Shown: positions 23,857-31,915 of the stretch, piece by piece
Layout: the number at the start of each line of letters is the position of its first letter
How positions within the stretch are numbered: position 1 is the first letter of the stretch
From: Candidatus Thalassarchaeaceae archaeon
GTDB lineage: Archaea > Thermoplasmatota > Poseidoniia > Poseidoniales > Thalassarchaeaceae
Reading direction: 5' to 3'
NCBI GenBank assembly: GCA_045568075.1
Contig: JBJLBP010000001.1
Coordinates: 780,001-812,000, forward strand
DNA length: 32,000 bases
Notes under the pieces: generated by a model
Told to the model about the DNA's origin: nothing
Databases searched by the model: none
Seen by the model: the letters and a program-made list of their open reading frames with translations, nothing else
Position numbers and translations under genes: made by a program

Positions 23857-25453
23857 AGCGGATATCGATACAGAACTGCATTGTGTTACCAAATGAATCC
23901 TCGGCTGTTGAGAGTCGTCCAGTCCAATCGATTGGTGCTCCAATCGATTCTTGCTGACTTGCTTCGGTTCCGTCTCCGAGTAGACAAACTTGCTCATCGG
24001 AGCCGGATCTCTGAATCCATTGATTTCCATCCTCATCCATTGTGGCTTCTCCATTGAGGATGACTAACTTTCCAATATCCCATTTCCATGAATTGTAACC
24101 ATCTCCCCAATTCAGGGTCGTCGGTGAGGGTGCTTGGCCAAGTGTCCAAGCGCGCGCTTCGAGGATAACTCGCCCTTCACTCTCAGACCAAATCACGGTC
24201 GCGTTGAATCGAATCGCCTGCCCTGATTCGATATATTCGGCATGTTCTCCGATGAGATGCAGCCTCAATTTCGTCGTGCGCGAATAGTAATCGGGGCCAT
24301 CGCCCACGTAGCCCTTGTCGTAATCGGGCGATATCGGATCAGTCACCCAACCCTCGAATGTGTAATTCTGACCGATGAAAGCGAAGGGGTTCTCGGCGAC
24401 ATCGAGCATAGCTGTGACATCATCGCCGAACTGTCCCGTTGGATTATCCGCCGAGGAGTCGTAACCAAGACGCTCGAGACAAATCGTCGCCTCGTCGGTT
24501 GACCAGACTAGTCGGCCTGACCAGGTCTTTGTCGAATTTTCAATTCCTTCACTGAGATCGGCAGGTGAAGGAAGTAAACACAATCTGTCTGTCGGCGCAT
24601 CACCAGTAAGCCACCAACCATCAGAGGCCTCGGTCGCTGTACCGTCAATTCTGACCTTTTTCCCAACTTCGTAAGTCAGCGTATACGGTTCAAGCTCCCA
24701 AGAAAGATCCACAGTCGATCCATTATTCAGCACCTCGACCGCAGTCGCTTGCACTAGGAGTCGCCAGCGCAGTGAGCGCTGGTCATATTGCAGCCAGCCG
24801 GAAATTTCTACATGGCTGCCTGCCTCAACCCAATCCATCACACGGCCCTCAATTTGCATGTACAATAGATGGTCAGCGTTACCATAGGAAGGGTTGTCCA
24901 TCAAGCTCAGAGAGTGGTAAGTAACGTCAGGTTCAAGCGGTTCTGAGAGGTATCCATCAACCCTCACTGACATATTCGAGAATGCTTCGGGATTCATGGC
25001 GACTTCGACCAATTGCATTGCAGTGTAATCGATTCCATCACAATCTGTGTCCGCACATTGAATCGCACCGTATCCATTGGAAGAAAGCCAAATTCGACCA
25101 TTCCATTCAGTGACTTCACCCTCGACCGTGACAATTGTCCCAATTGGGGGGATATCGATGTCTCGGTCGACGAACCAACGAACTTCGAGAGCTGAGTGCC
25201 CGTCGACCTCACGGATTTGCAAATCAATTCGATCAGCCTGTTCTCCATAAGGGTCGACAACGAAGCTAGTTAGTACACCTTTGATTTTGACAGTCTCGCG
25301 CGGATATTCATGAATTTCGTCCATATCAATCATATCCGGTTCACGAATAACCGCATAGAAATTCATTGTCGATACAAGTAGCAAGGCAGTGAAGAACATC
25401 ACCCAGAGCTTCGCCATGTGTCTGCGATGTGCGAGCAATGCTTGAACATTCAC
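23855..25453 (-). CDS. Membrane-anchored extracytoplasmic protein built from about five OB-fold-like repeats (hypothetical)
   Basis: N-terminal anchor HRRHMAKLWVMFFTALLLVSTMNFYAVI. Repeats have the tRNA_anti/OB pattern V+I+G.L......(acidic)..L.I.D..g.l.V.........G..V.V.G.V..W.G.. (VKIKGVLTSF..., VRVDGYLSEP..., VRIDGTATEA..., YTFEGWVTDP..., LVILNGEATM...). Start is GTG 25453 or ATG 25417. Confidence 0.6.
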   Translation of the reverse strand: MNVQALLAHRRHMAKLWVMFFTALLLVSTMNFYAVIREPDMIDMDEIHEYPRETVKIKGVLTSFVVDPYGEQADRIDLQIREVDGHSALEVRWFVDRDIDIPPIGTIVTVEGEVTEWNGRIWLSSNGYGAIQCADTDCDGIDYTAMQLVEVAMNPEAFSNMSVRVDGYLSEPLEPDVTYHSLSLMDNPSYGNADHLLYMQIEGRVMDWVEAGSHVEISGWLQYDQRSLRWRLLVQATAVEVLNNGSTVDLSWELEPYTLTYEVGKKVRIDGTATEASDGWWLTGDAPTDRLCLLPSPADLSEGIENSTKTWSGRLVWSTDEATICLERLGYDSSADNPTGQFGDDVTAMLDVAENPFAFIGQNYTFEGWVTDPISPDYDKGYVGDGPDYYSRTTKLRLHLIGEHAEYIESGQAIRFNATVIWSESEGRVILEARAWTLGQAPSPTTLNWGDGYNSWKWDIGKLVILNGEATMDEDGNQWIQRSGSDEQVCLLGDGTEASQQESIGAPIDWTGRLSTAEDSFGNTMQFCIDIR

Positions 25454-25608
25454 CGTGAGGGAACAGGCAATTATTCTCGTTTGCTTTGATGAGATGCCAA
25501 CAAATGTCGTGCTCTGTTCGGTGTTGGTAGAGTATGGTCGGAGAGGGGTGTGTGGGCTTGGGGCTAGGGAACAAGGTTCATCTCGCTGATTGGTTCGAGC
25601 GTTATACA

Positions 25609-25685
25609 GGACCCGTAGCTCAGTTGGTTAGAGCGCTCGGCTCATAACCGAGTGGCCACCGGTTCAAATCCGGTCGGGTCCACCA
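25609..25685 (+). tRNA. tRNA with anticodon CAT (elongator Met or Ile2-type), CCA encoded
   Basis: Acceptor GGACCCG/CGGGTCC. D stem GCTC/GAGC. Anticodon stem CTCGG/CCGAG with loop CTCATAA. T stem ACCGG/CCGGT with loop TTCAAAT. Discriminator A, followed by CCA. It is not initiator-like because there are no three G-C pairs at the base of the anticodon stem. Confidence 0.9.
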
Positions 25686-25810
25686 AAATCGCCGATTACT
25701 GTCTTTTGCGCTCTATACAGTTAAAACTTGAAAATTGGCTATATTTCTGTGTATCAGCGCCTCACAGAGAGGTAGTGTTTCCTTCGCCGTACGAAGCCGG
25801 CTGTGCTAAC

Positions 25811-25820
25811 CCATAAATAC
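25811..25820 (+). promoter_or_regulatory. TATA-box-like element suggesting a leaderless or short-leader transcript for the 313-aa gene
   Basis: CCATAAATAC is centred about 27 nt upstream of ATG 25843, the spacing expected between an archaeal TATA box and the transcription start. There is no SD box in between. Confidence 0.3.
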
Positions 25821-25842
25821 GGCTTAATCCGGCCTTGAGTTG

Positions 25843-26781
25843 ATGAGCACTGCAAGTAAGGTCCGACCGGCCCTAATGATGCTGGCGGTATACTTCCTGA
25901 GTACTTGGGCCGGCGTGGCCGCTGTTCAGGCACAAGGTGCGGTCCCAGATATCGTGCTGACTTGTGACCAACCTCAGCCTATTGATGTCAATCCTGGAGC
26001 AACCAGATCAGGTATTATCAATTGTAGAATCGAGAATCCGACAGTCCACCAAGAGAAGGTAAGGATTCAGATTCAAGCAGGTGTTCTCGCCTTCTCAGGC
26101 CCCGCTACTCTATCGATAGGTGGCGGCTCTGAGGTTTCATTCCAAGTCATGGTCAGGGCCGAATTGAGAGCTCCTGAGGGTCAGCACCAAGTTACTGTTA
26201 GTGCAGAGGTGACTATGGCAAATGGAATCCCAGTTACTAGCGAGCCATCGGCTGCGAACTCGATGGTTATCATCCGCCAATTCAGCCGACTTCGAGTCGC
26301 TTCGGAAGTAGCCTTCCTTCAATTGCGGCCGAAGGTCGATTACAATCTGGTATTCGATGTCTACAATGATGGTAATGCCTTGGACAGATTCAATATCGCT
26401 ATCGAGAATTACGACGATCTCAACGATGAGGGATTCCAACTGAGCATACCTCTCGTGAGTGTAGAAATCGAATCGATGGCGCCACCTGAGAAGATTAGAG
26501 TTCAGATGCGCACCCCTAAGAATCAAGGTTGGACTGACAAATACTTCTCACTCCAATTCAAGGCGACTTCGGAATACTCGGTCCGAACAGAAGGAATTCC
26601 GAATTACCAAATTCAAACCATGACGATCTACATCCGTGGTGTCTATCTGCCTGGCTTCGAACTCATTGGCACTATGATGATGACAACACTCGCTGCTGCT
26701 GCTATTGCAGGTCGCAGGCCAATTGTTAGGTCTGAGGAAGCATCAGACGAATTGGAACCACTTGATGCGCGGCTTTTCTAA
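25843..26781 (+). CDS. Secreted envelope protein with two Ig/CARDB-like beta-sandwich modules and a PGF-like membrane anchor followed by an acidic tail (hypothetical)
   Basis: Signal ALMMLAVYFLSTWAGVAAVQAQG. The C-terminus is LPGFELIGTMMMTTLAAAAIAGRRP followed by 20 further residues (IVRSEEASDELEPLDARLF). TTG 25840 and ATG 25843 are adjacent candidate starts. Confidence 0.7.
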   Translation: MSTASKVRPALMMLAVYFLSTWAGVAAVQAQGAVPDIVLTCDQPQPIDVNPGATRSGIINCRIENPTVHQEKVRIQIQAGVLAFSGPATLSIGGGSEVSFQVMVRAELRAPEGQHQVTVSAEVTMANGIPVTSEPSAANSMVIIRQFSRLRVASEVAFLQLRPKVDYNLVFDVYNDGNALDRFNIAIENYDDLNDEGFQLSIPLVSVEIESMAPPEKIRVQMRTPKNQGWTDKYFSLQFKATSEYSVRTEGIPNYQIQTMTIYIRGVYLPGFELIGTMMMTTLAAAAIAGRRPIVRSEEASDELEPLDARLF

Positions 26782-26802
26782 CCCCGCCTCGCTCTAATTG
26801 AA

Positions 26803-26821
26803 TTGCCACCATAGGTGGCAA
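26803..26821 (+). terminator. Perfect 8-bp stem / 3-nt loop hairpin 22 nt after a stop codon
   Basis: TTGCCACC-ATA-GGTGGCAA, all pairs verified by hand, with no following T-tract. It lies between co-directional genes. Confidence 0.4.
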
Positions 26822-26872
26822 CGGGTTGATAACCGGCGGAGTTGACGCCTCAGCATCCGGAGAGGTTAGTGA

Positions 26873-28096
26873 ATGAGTGATGGTGGATTGCTTCAGAAGG
26901 CGATGGAACAGCAATCGAGCGACACAGAATTGGTCGCTGAGGCCGTGGTAGTACCTCCAAAAGGAGGCCCGATGTTCAGTAACAGCCTCAAGTTAGGTCT
27001 TGCACTCGCACTGGTCTCTGTAGTCTCGATGTGGATATTTTCCTCTCCTTCAATCCAGAGCGATTGGTCATTCGTGATTCTCCTCCCGATTATGATGGGG
27101 GGTGCATCGTTCTGGTTCATTTGGAATGGAATCGGGCGAAAGCACACAGAGGTCATTTCGGTTGTGCTGATTCTCCTTCTAGCCTCCCCATTCATGGCGA
27201 TGAGCGTCTCATCGAGCTCTCTTACAATTACAGATAGCACACTCTCGAGCGATGCTACGACAATCACTCTCACCATTCGTGAGTCCGGCGGGCTATTCGG
27301 TTCTGCCTCTGGTGACGCCGATGTCTCAGTATCTTACGGTGGAGAAGAGGTTTGGACCACTTCTATGCCATTCGCTGTTAATTTGAAAGATGGATACGGA
27401 GATTATGGCCAATTGGTTCTCCCAATCGTCTCTTTCTATTCAGATAATGCTGCTGATGATGCGAAGTACATTGTATCGATTGATGTCGATGGGGCTTCCG
27501 ATACATACATCTTGAATTCCGCTCACCTTGAGCGAACAGTTGAGCAAGTGAAGAACGAGGCATTGGCAGCTATAGGAGAAGGAAACGATTGCGATGGTGG
27601 CCACGATAATTGTGTCATCGGTGTCGGTCTTCGAACTTGGGTGGGTTTGCCTCGAATGTCGCAGGCAAATGACCCCGATCCACGCCCAGCCCCTCTCGTT
27701 CATGCTGATTTCGAAATGTCTGCAGTGCTCAGTAAGGATGGAGTGACTGCAATTGAATATCCAACTGTTACTGTGACTAATGGTGAAGCAATCTGGGATT
27801 CCGAAAGCGGGGTGTATGGGTCTGGAAGCGCTGAAGTTGGTGACTTCGGATCGGAATTAAGTCTACCAGGGTCAGTTGATGACTTCGTTATTGGTATGCC
27901 ATACATCCCAAGAGATGATTGGCAAGAGAATGATTACGGCTGCTACGAATTTACTGTCACCCTCACTCAGAGCCCACCTTGGGGAGATCGAACAGCCCAT
28001 ACGGCCTCCAAGTACTACGAACTCGTCGAAGAAGGCGGCGATGAAGATGGAAGTCCAGATACCCACGAGTCCTGGAACGAAGTCAGTAGTTGCTGA
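26873..28096 (+). CDS. Membrane protein with three N-terminal TM helices and a ~290-aa extracytoplasmic domain (hypothetical)
   Basis: GGAGAGGT box 6 nt upstream of the ATG. TM segments are LKLGLALALVSVVSMWIF, FVILLPIMMGGASFWFIW and VISVVLILLLASPFMAM. I recognise no family motif. Confidence 0.7.
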   Translation: MSDGGLLQKAMEQQSSDTELVAEAVVVPPKGGPMFSNSLKLGLALALVSVVSMWIFSSPSIQSDWSFVILLPIMMGGASFWFIWNGIGRKHTEVISVVLILLLASPFMAMSVSSSSLTITDSTLSSDATTITLTIRESGGLFGSASGDADVSVSYGGEEVWTTSMPFAVNLKDGYGDYGQLVLPIVSFYSDNAADDAKYIVSIDVDGASDTYILNSAHLERTVEQVKNEALAAIGEGNDCDGGHDNCVIGVGLRTWVGLPRMSQANDPDPRPAPLVHADFEMSAVLSKDGVTAIEYPTVTVTNGEAIWDSESGVYGSGSAEVGDFGSELSLPGSVDDFVIGMPYIPRDDWQENDYGCYEFTVTLTQSPPWGDRTAHTASKYYELVEEGGDEDGSPDTHESWNEVSSC

Positions 28097-29788
28097 TTAG
28101 AAGAGCATGTCTTCTTCTTCGTCCTGACTTTTCTTGCTAATCCTCAGAAGTAAGGCTGCCATTCCAGCGACTGCGAGGGAAATCGCAGCGACTATTGGGA
28201 TAATCGAGCCATCGTTATCTTCGGCGTCAAACCATGTGATTTGACTGCTCGAGGCCGTTCCGCCTCCAAAGGAATCATCTTCAACCAATTGAGTTGGAGT
28301 TAGAATCTCACAAGTTAGACTGGCTAAATCGATCTCGCTATTCTTCCATGAGAATTGGATCTCAATCTCTTCTCCTGCTTCGATTAAGCCACCAGGGAAA
28401 CTCGTCATCTGAGCTGATAAGCCAGTTTCACTGACATCACAATTGAAGTAGACGATTGCAGGAGCAGTACCTCGATTTGCAATCGTCGCAATCAATCCAA
28501 CTCCACCGCTGCTGCGGGACACGCTCTCAGTTGGCTGTTGGAACTCAACGGAGACAAAATCGATGAAGGGCGTGTAAGCGTCAATCACGATTACATCATC
28601 CCAAGTCAGAGGGGCGATACCGCCGCCATAAGACTCCATCGAGATATCCATGTTCCAACTAGTTCTGTAGTCGACGATTTCAATCTCGGCCGATTCAGTC
28701 CAAACGCTTCCGTCCGCCCAACCAATTTCGACAGTTCGAGTTTCACCTGAATCAATCAAGCCAATTCCACTATCATCACTGAAAAAGGTGGAAGAGGTAA
28801 TTTCCAGAGGGCCGAAATTGAGTATGCGGAAGAGAACACCTGCTGCATCGAAGTGAACCTGCTGAGCACCTATGATGCGCTCCCAACGGTCTGTATGGCC
28901 GCCACTGCCCTCGACTTCTTCGCCCCAGTGCAGATCCGCCCTCGCGTGCGCGCGTACATCATGGTCATCTCGACTCATTGCGAACGTCGTATCTCCGCTG
29001 AGAATTAGTTCGCTTTCAGAATTGACGAAAATCGGTCCAGTCCGTTCGATAGAGGTGGAATGGATGGTGAGAGTGCCATTGACCACAACATCGCAGCCAA
29101 GCATCGAGGAATCATCGATGTCAGCCACCCCGTGGATGAAGATCTGGCACGATTGCATATCCGTATCCAATGCCATCATGTTACGGTGCTCGAGATCTAT
29201 GGCATCGTGCGTCGCCTCGGATCCAACCACTGGAGTGAGAGTCACTGAGGCAAGCCGCACGGACTGATGTCCGTAGGCAACGAGACCAACCCAGACATCC
29301 TCGGTGGTGTCGTTGAATGAAAGAGTGAATTCACTGCCATTCAAATCAACAGGATCCCAACCATCAACAATCGCTTGACCACCATAGAATGAGTTTCCTT
29401 CACCTGCATAGAAAGTGGCATCGAAGGCAACACCATAATCCGAACCGGGAATCAATACTGCAGAACGGTTCGCCTCATCCCAATACCCATATCCTGCAAG
29501 GCCAGTAGGAGGGTTTTCTGCGTCAACAGCTGAGTTCAGGATGTTGAGCATCCCTCCTTCATCGACGATTATCTGAGAATCATCCGAGATGACCAAATTA
29601 AGAGCATTAATCGTTAAATCACCACCAGCAACAATACGAACATCTCCTTCCAAAGTTCGATCACCTACCCATTCAACTTGCGAATCAATGACAATATCTT
29701 CACCATCAGCTGCAACGCTCATTGACATAACCGAAAACAAGGAGGTCACCATCAGAACGCAGAGCAGAGTGGACTTTGTGCGGCTCAT
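28097..29788 (-). CDS. Type-I membrane-anchored surface protein with parallel beta-helix-like and CARDB-like regions (hypothetical)
   Basis: ATG 29788 gives the signal MSRTKSTLLCVLMVTSLFSVMSMSVAADG and is preceded by GAGGAT. The ORF extension to 29956 would overlap carS head-on. C-terminal TM IIPIVAAISLAVAGMAALLL is followed by RISKKSQDEEEDMLF. Beta-helix-like text: GDVRIVAGGDLTINALNLVISDDSQIIVDEGGMLNILNSAV. Confidence 0.7.
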   Translation of the reverse strand: MSRTKSTLLCVLMVTSLFSVMSMSVAADGEDIVIDSQVEWVGDRTLEGDVRIVAGGDLTINALNLVISDDSQIIVDEGGMLNILNSAVDAENPPTGLAGYGYWDEANRSAVLIPGSDYGVAFDATFYAGEGNSFYGGQAIVDGWDPVDLNGSEFTLSFNDTTEDVWVGLVAYGHQSVRLASVTLTPVVGSEATHDAIDLEHRNMMALDTDMQSCQIFIHGVADIDDSSMLGCDVVVNGTLTIHSTSIERTGPIFVNSESELILSGDTTFAMSRDDHDVRAHARADLHWGEEVEGSGGHTDRWERIIGAQQVHFDAAGVLFRILNFGPLEITSSTFFSDDSGIGLIDSGETRTVEIGWADGSVWTESAEIEIVDYRTSWNMDISMESYGGGIAPLTWDDVIVIDAYTPFIDFVSVEFQQPTESVSRSSGGVGLIATIANRGTAPAIVYFNCDVSETGLSAQMTSFPGGLIEAGEEIEIQFSWKNSEIDLASLTCEILTPTQLVEDDSFGGGTASSSQITWFDAEDNDGSIIPIVAAISLAVAGMAALLLRISKKSQDEEEDMLF

Positions 29789-29867
29789 ATCCTCGTCGTG
29801 TGTCGAGCCACCAATGAAGCAATCGGCGGCATGAGCGGTAAACCGAGAGTTCTTCTCGCATGAACTA

Positions 29868-30566
29868 ATGGCGACAACGATGACTGACGTGTCGGCAATA
29901 TCCTTCCCCTCTTCTGGGGGCGTCGAGTTCGCTCTGAACATCCTCACTGTACTCATTGTCTATGGCCCCGCTTACCTCGCAAACACTGGGGCTATGTTGT
30001 GTGGTAAGTGGGTGCCCGATAAGCTTGGGTTGGAGAATCATAAGATTGACGGAGGACGGGTGCACACTGACGGAAATCGTATGTTGGGCGATGGAAAATC
30101 TTGGGAGGGTCTTTTTGGTGGAGCATTTTTTTCTGGAATTTTAGTTGTAATCGCACATTGGCTGTGGGCAGGGAATACCGGCCCCTCAGATCGCCCTTTT
30201 ATCGATCCAATTTTGACTGCAGATTCAACTGATTGGTTCTGGATTGGTGGAGAATGGAGTGCCGCATTTATTCTTGGCTTCACTCTAGGATTTGCTTGCA
30301 TGTTAGGTGATATGGCCGGGTCATTTGTCAAGCGCAGACAGGGCTTGAAGCGAGAGGGAGAGGTAAGCTCGAAGGCACCTTTGCTGGATACACTGCCATT
30401 TGCAATTTTCATCTTCCTAGCTGCAGCTATTTTGTTCAACGACCAAGTCATAATGCACTCGCATCTAGCGCCTTCAATAATTACGATAATTATTCTAACT
30501 CCAATAATCCATCGCTCATTCAATATCCTGGGTTATCGCTTGGGGCTGAAATCAGTTCCATACTGA
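29868..30566 (+). CDS. carS: CDP-archaeol synthase (CDP-2,3-bis-O-geranylgeranyl-sn-glycerol synthase, DUF46 family)
   Basis: PAYLANTGAML, IDGGRVHTDGNRMLGDGKSWEGLFGG, GDMAGSFVKRRQGLKREGE..APLLDTLPF. These match the conserved cytoplasmic-loop motifs of archaeal CarS. The protein has five or more TM helices. Confidence 0.8.
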   Translation: MATTMTDVSAISFPSSGGVEFALNILTVLIVYGPAYLANTGAMLCGKWVPDKLGLENHKIDGGRVHTDGNRMLGDGKSWEGLFGGAFFSGILVVIAHWLWAGNTGPSDRPFIDPILTADSTDWFWIGGEWSAAFILGFTLGFACMLGDMAGSFVKRRQGLKREGEVSSKAPLLDTLPFAIFIFLAAAILFNDQVIMHSHLAPSIITIIILTPIIHRSFNILGYRLGLKSVPY

Positions 30567-30581
30567 GATTTGGTTCAGAAT

Positions 30582-30597
30582 TGACTTCTGTAAGTCA
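30582..30597 (+). terminator. 6-bp stem / 4-nt loop hairpin 16 nt after the carS stop
   Basis: TGACTT-CTGT-AAGTCA. It sits inside the TTG-initiated extension of the purD ORF, which argues for the downstream ATG start. Confidence 0.3.
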
Positions 30598-30646
30598 GAT
30601 ATCTCAGCGGAATGCATTATCTCCTTCGCGCACGGGCTGTAATGAT

Positions 30647-31915
30647 ATGGCCGGAATGACTGTGCTCATCGTTGGCGGCGGCGGCCGCGAGCACGCGTTG
30701 GCGATTGGGCTGGCTGAGAGTGAGTCAGTCGGCGCAGTCCATACTTGTCCAGGGAATGCTGGAACATCCCTTGTTGGGACCAACCACCCGGTTTCAGCGA
30801 CCGATGTTGAAGGCGTGGTTTCGCTCGCCGGCGAACTGGCCGCGGACCTTGTTGTGGTCGGACCTGAGGCGCCTCTCGTAGCCGGCCTGTCCGACTCTCT
30901 CCGTGCGGTTGGAATTGCCAGTTTCGGTCCTCATTCAGAGGGTGCGGAGTTAGAGGGTTCGAAATTGCACGCCAAGAAAGTCATGGAGGATTTGGGAATC
31001 CCAACAGGTGGCGTGCAAATTCTTGATTCTGATTCTGATATCTCTGCCGCAATGGCTCGCTATTCTCCACCATGGGTCATCAAACGCGATGTTCTTGCGG
31101 CTGGTAAAGGCGTCGTCGTCACCGAGGACGCCGATGAGGCCGCCGCATTCATCTCAGATTCAATCGCTAGCGATGGATTCGTCTTGTTGGAAGAATTCCT
31201 TGCTGGAGAGGAGGCTTCTATGCTAGTTCTGATGGACGAATCAGGTTACATCTGCCTCCCGGCGAGTCAAGATCACAAGCGGGTCGGCGAGGGAGATTCG
31301 GGTCCTAATACAGGAGGGATGGGCGCATATGCACCAGCTCCCGTCGTCACAGGAGCGGTTCGACAACGCGCCATCGATGAAATCATCGAACCGATGCACC
31401 ACTATCTTCGAAATCAATCAACACCCTATCGTGGTGTACTCTATGTCGGCTTGATGGTCGATGAGAATGGTGCGCCGAGCGTCGTGGAATACAATGTTCG
31501 CTTCGGCGATCCGGAAACTCAAGTAACGATCCCACTAATCGAAAACGACCTCGGTATGATGCTTCTGGCAGCCGCCGAAGGTAGGATCATCGGGATCGAA
31601 CCGAAGTTCGCTAACAAGTCCGCAGTCACCGTTGTAGTGGCATCTGAAGGATATCCTGGACCCTCTAATACGGGTAGGTCAATCAGCGGTGCTAACACTA
31701 GAATAGACGAGGGAGAAATCAGCGCATTTGTACATCTGGCAGGGGCTAATTTCGATCAGAACGGGAATCTTGTTTCAAGTGGAGGAAGAGTACTTTCAGC
31801 GACCGCTTTAGCCAATGATCTTTCGACATCTGTGGCGGCTGCCTACGCGGTCATAGATGAGATTCAACTCGAGGGTTCACACCATCGTCGTGACATCGCT
31901 TATCGGGCTCTCTGA
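30647..31915 (+). CDS. purD: Phosphoribosylamine--glycine ligase (GAR synthetase)
   Basis: VLIVGGGGREHALA, GPEAPLVAGL, the ATP-grasp region VIKRDVLAAGKGVVV, DHKRVGEGDSGPNTGGMGAY, EYNVRFGDPETQ, SGGRVL. The ORF opens at TTG 30581. ATG 30647 (MAGMTVLIVGGGGREH) gives the usual N-terminus. Confidence 0.9.
   Translation: MAGMTVLIVGGGGREHALAIGLAESESVGAVHTCPGNAGTSLVGTNHPVSATDVEGVVSLAGELAADLVVVGPEAPLVAGLSDSLRAVGIASFGPHSEGAELEGSKLHAKKVMEDLGIPTGGVQILDSDSDISAAMARYSPPWVIKRDVLAAGKGVVVTEDADEAAAFISDSIASDGFVLLEEFLAGEEASMLVLMDESGYICLPASQDHKRVGEGDSGPNTGGMGAYAPAPVVTGAVRQRAIDEIIEPMHHYLRNQSTPYRGVLYVGLMVDENGAPSVVEYNVRFGDPETQVTIPLIENDLGMMLLAAAEGRIIGIEPKFANKSAVTVVVASEGYPGPSNTGRSISGANTRIDEGEISAFVHLAGANFDQNGNLVSSGGRVLSATALANDLSTSVAAAYAVIDEIQLEGSHHRRDIAYRAL

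Noticed and set aside
25341-25574. 77-aa minus-strand ORF spanning the 532-aa gene start region and the G-rich spacer
   Set aside because: It overlaps the N-terminus of the real gene out of frame. Its Pro/His-rich beginning is simply the complement of the G-quadruplex tract, and it has no start context.
29789-29956. N-terminal 56-codon extension of the 619-aa minus-strand ORF
   Set aside because: It would overlap carS head-to-head by 89 nt. The signal peptide begins at the internal ATG 29788, which is preceded by GAGGAT.
30038-30523. 161-aa minus-strand ORF opposite carS
   Set aside because: It is nested entirely antisense to a gene with clear CDP-archaeol synthase motifs, and it has no recognisable features.
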